NCBI GenBank assembly: GCA_028826165.1 | Contig: JAPDFW010000133.1 | Span: forward strand, 1 to 64,000 | DNA length: 64,000 nucleotides | Direction: 5' to 3' | DNA from: Anaeramoeba ignava BMAN | Lineage: Eukaryota > Protista > Anaeramoebae | Shown here: piece after piece, positions 63,130 to 64,000 of the stretch | Position numbering within the stretch: the stretch's first letter is position 1 | Layout: the number at the start of each line of letters is the position of its first letter | Translations under genes and position numbers: made by a program | Notes under the pieces: generated by a model | Database searches by the model: none | What the model saw: the letters and a program-made list of their open reading frames with translations, nothing else | Told to the model about the DNA's origin: nothing

Positions 63130-64000
63130 ATAAATTAATTTTAAATTAAATAAAAAATAGAATTAATTCAAAATTAATTTTTAAAAAGAAATATTTATAA
63201 ATAATAAATTAAAATTAATTTAAAAATTAAAATAAAATTAATAAAAAATTTAAATTAAATTTTAATCAAAAAATAAATTAAATTTAAATTAAATAAAAAA
63301 TAGAATTAATTTAAAATTAATTTTTAAAAAGAAATATTTATAAATAATAAATTAAAATTAATTTAAAAATTGAAATAAAATTAATAAAAAATTTAAATTA
63401 AATTTTAATCAAAAAATAAATTAAATTTAAATTAAATAAAAAATAGAATTAATTTAAAATTAATTTTTAAAAAGAAATATTTATAAATAATAAATTAAAA
63501 TTAATTTAAAAATTGAAATAAAATTAATAAAAAATTTAAATTAAATTTTAATAAAAAATAAATTAAATTTTAAATTAAATAAAAAATAGAATTATTTCAA
63601 AATTAATTTTTAGAAAGAAATACTTATAAATAATAATTTAAAATTAATTTAAAAATTAAAATAAAATTAATAAAAAATTTAAATTAAATTTTAATCAAAA
63701 ATAAATTAATTTTAAATTTAAATAAAAAATAGAATTATTTCAAAATTAATTTTTAAAAAGAAATATTTATAAATAATAAATTAAAATTAATTTAAAAATT
63801 GAAATAAAATTAATAAAAATTTAATTTAAATTTTAATCAAAAATAAATTAATTTTAAATTAAATAAAAATAGAATTATTTCAAAATTAATTTTTAAAAAG
63901 AAATATTTATAAATAATAAATTAAAATTAATTTAAAAATTGAAATAAAATTAATAAAAATTTAAATTAAATTTTAATCAAAAATAAATTAAATTTAATTT
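63130..64000. repeat. 143-bp A/T tandem array (6 or more units, runs off the window)
   Basis: Anchor tagaatta at 63158, 63301, 63444, 63587, 63730, 63870. Confidence 0.88.

Overview
Extremely AT-rich eukaryotic nuclear DNA with the standard code and GT-AG introns that are often filled with A/T micro- or minisatellites. The ANK-BTB expansion and NQ/NE repeats resemble an Anaeramoeba-type protist, which is an inference. Homopolymer indels are frequent, so many frameshifts are probably assembly errors. Host genes: casein kinase 1, importin-alpha, prefoldin 2, a divergent HAP2/GCS1-like fusexin, a 45-repeat ankyrin-BTB gene, two divergent actins, three secreted/GPI beta-propeller-like paralogs, NMNAT, SMC5, a coiled-coil protein with a VWA5A/PARP4-type C-terminus, NAA40, an NYN+LOTUS-like gene and FIP1. 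The main result is two different PIF/Harbinger/IS5-type (PHIS; DDE_Tnp_4) DNA transposon families whose transposases each appear fused, with a low-complexity tract, to a ubiquitin-like deconjugating protease. Family A carries a Ulp1/SENP-type C48 protease and is present as two complete, near-identical inverted copies (4600-8682 and 56149-60127) with 13-bp imperfect TIRs and 3-bp ANT target duplications. One copy sits in a CK1 intron and the other splits the NYN gene. Family B (50612-53966) carries a USP-type C19 deubiquitinase.
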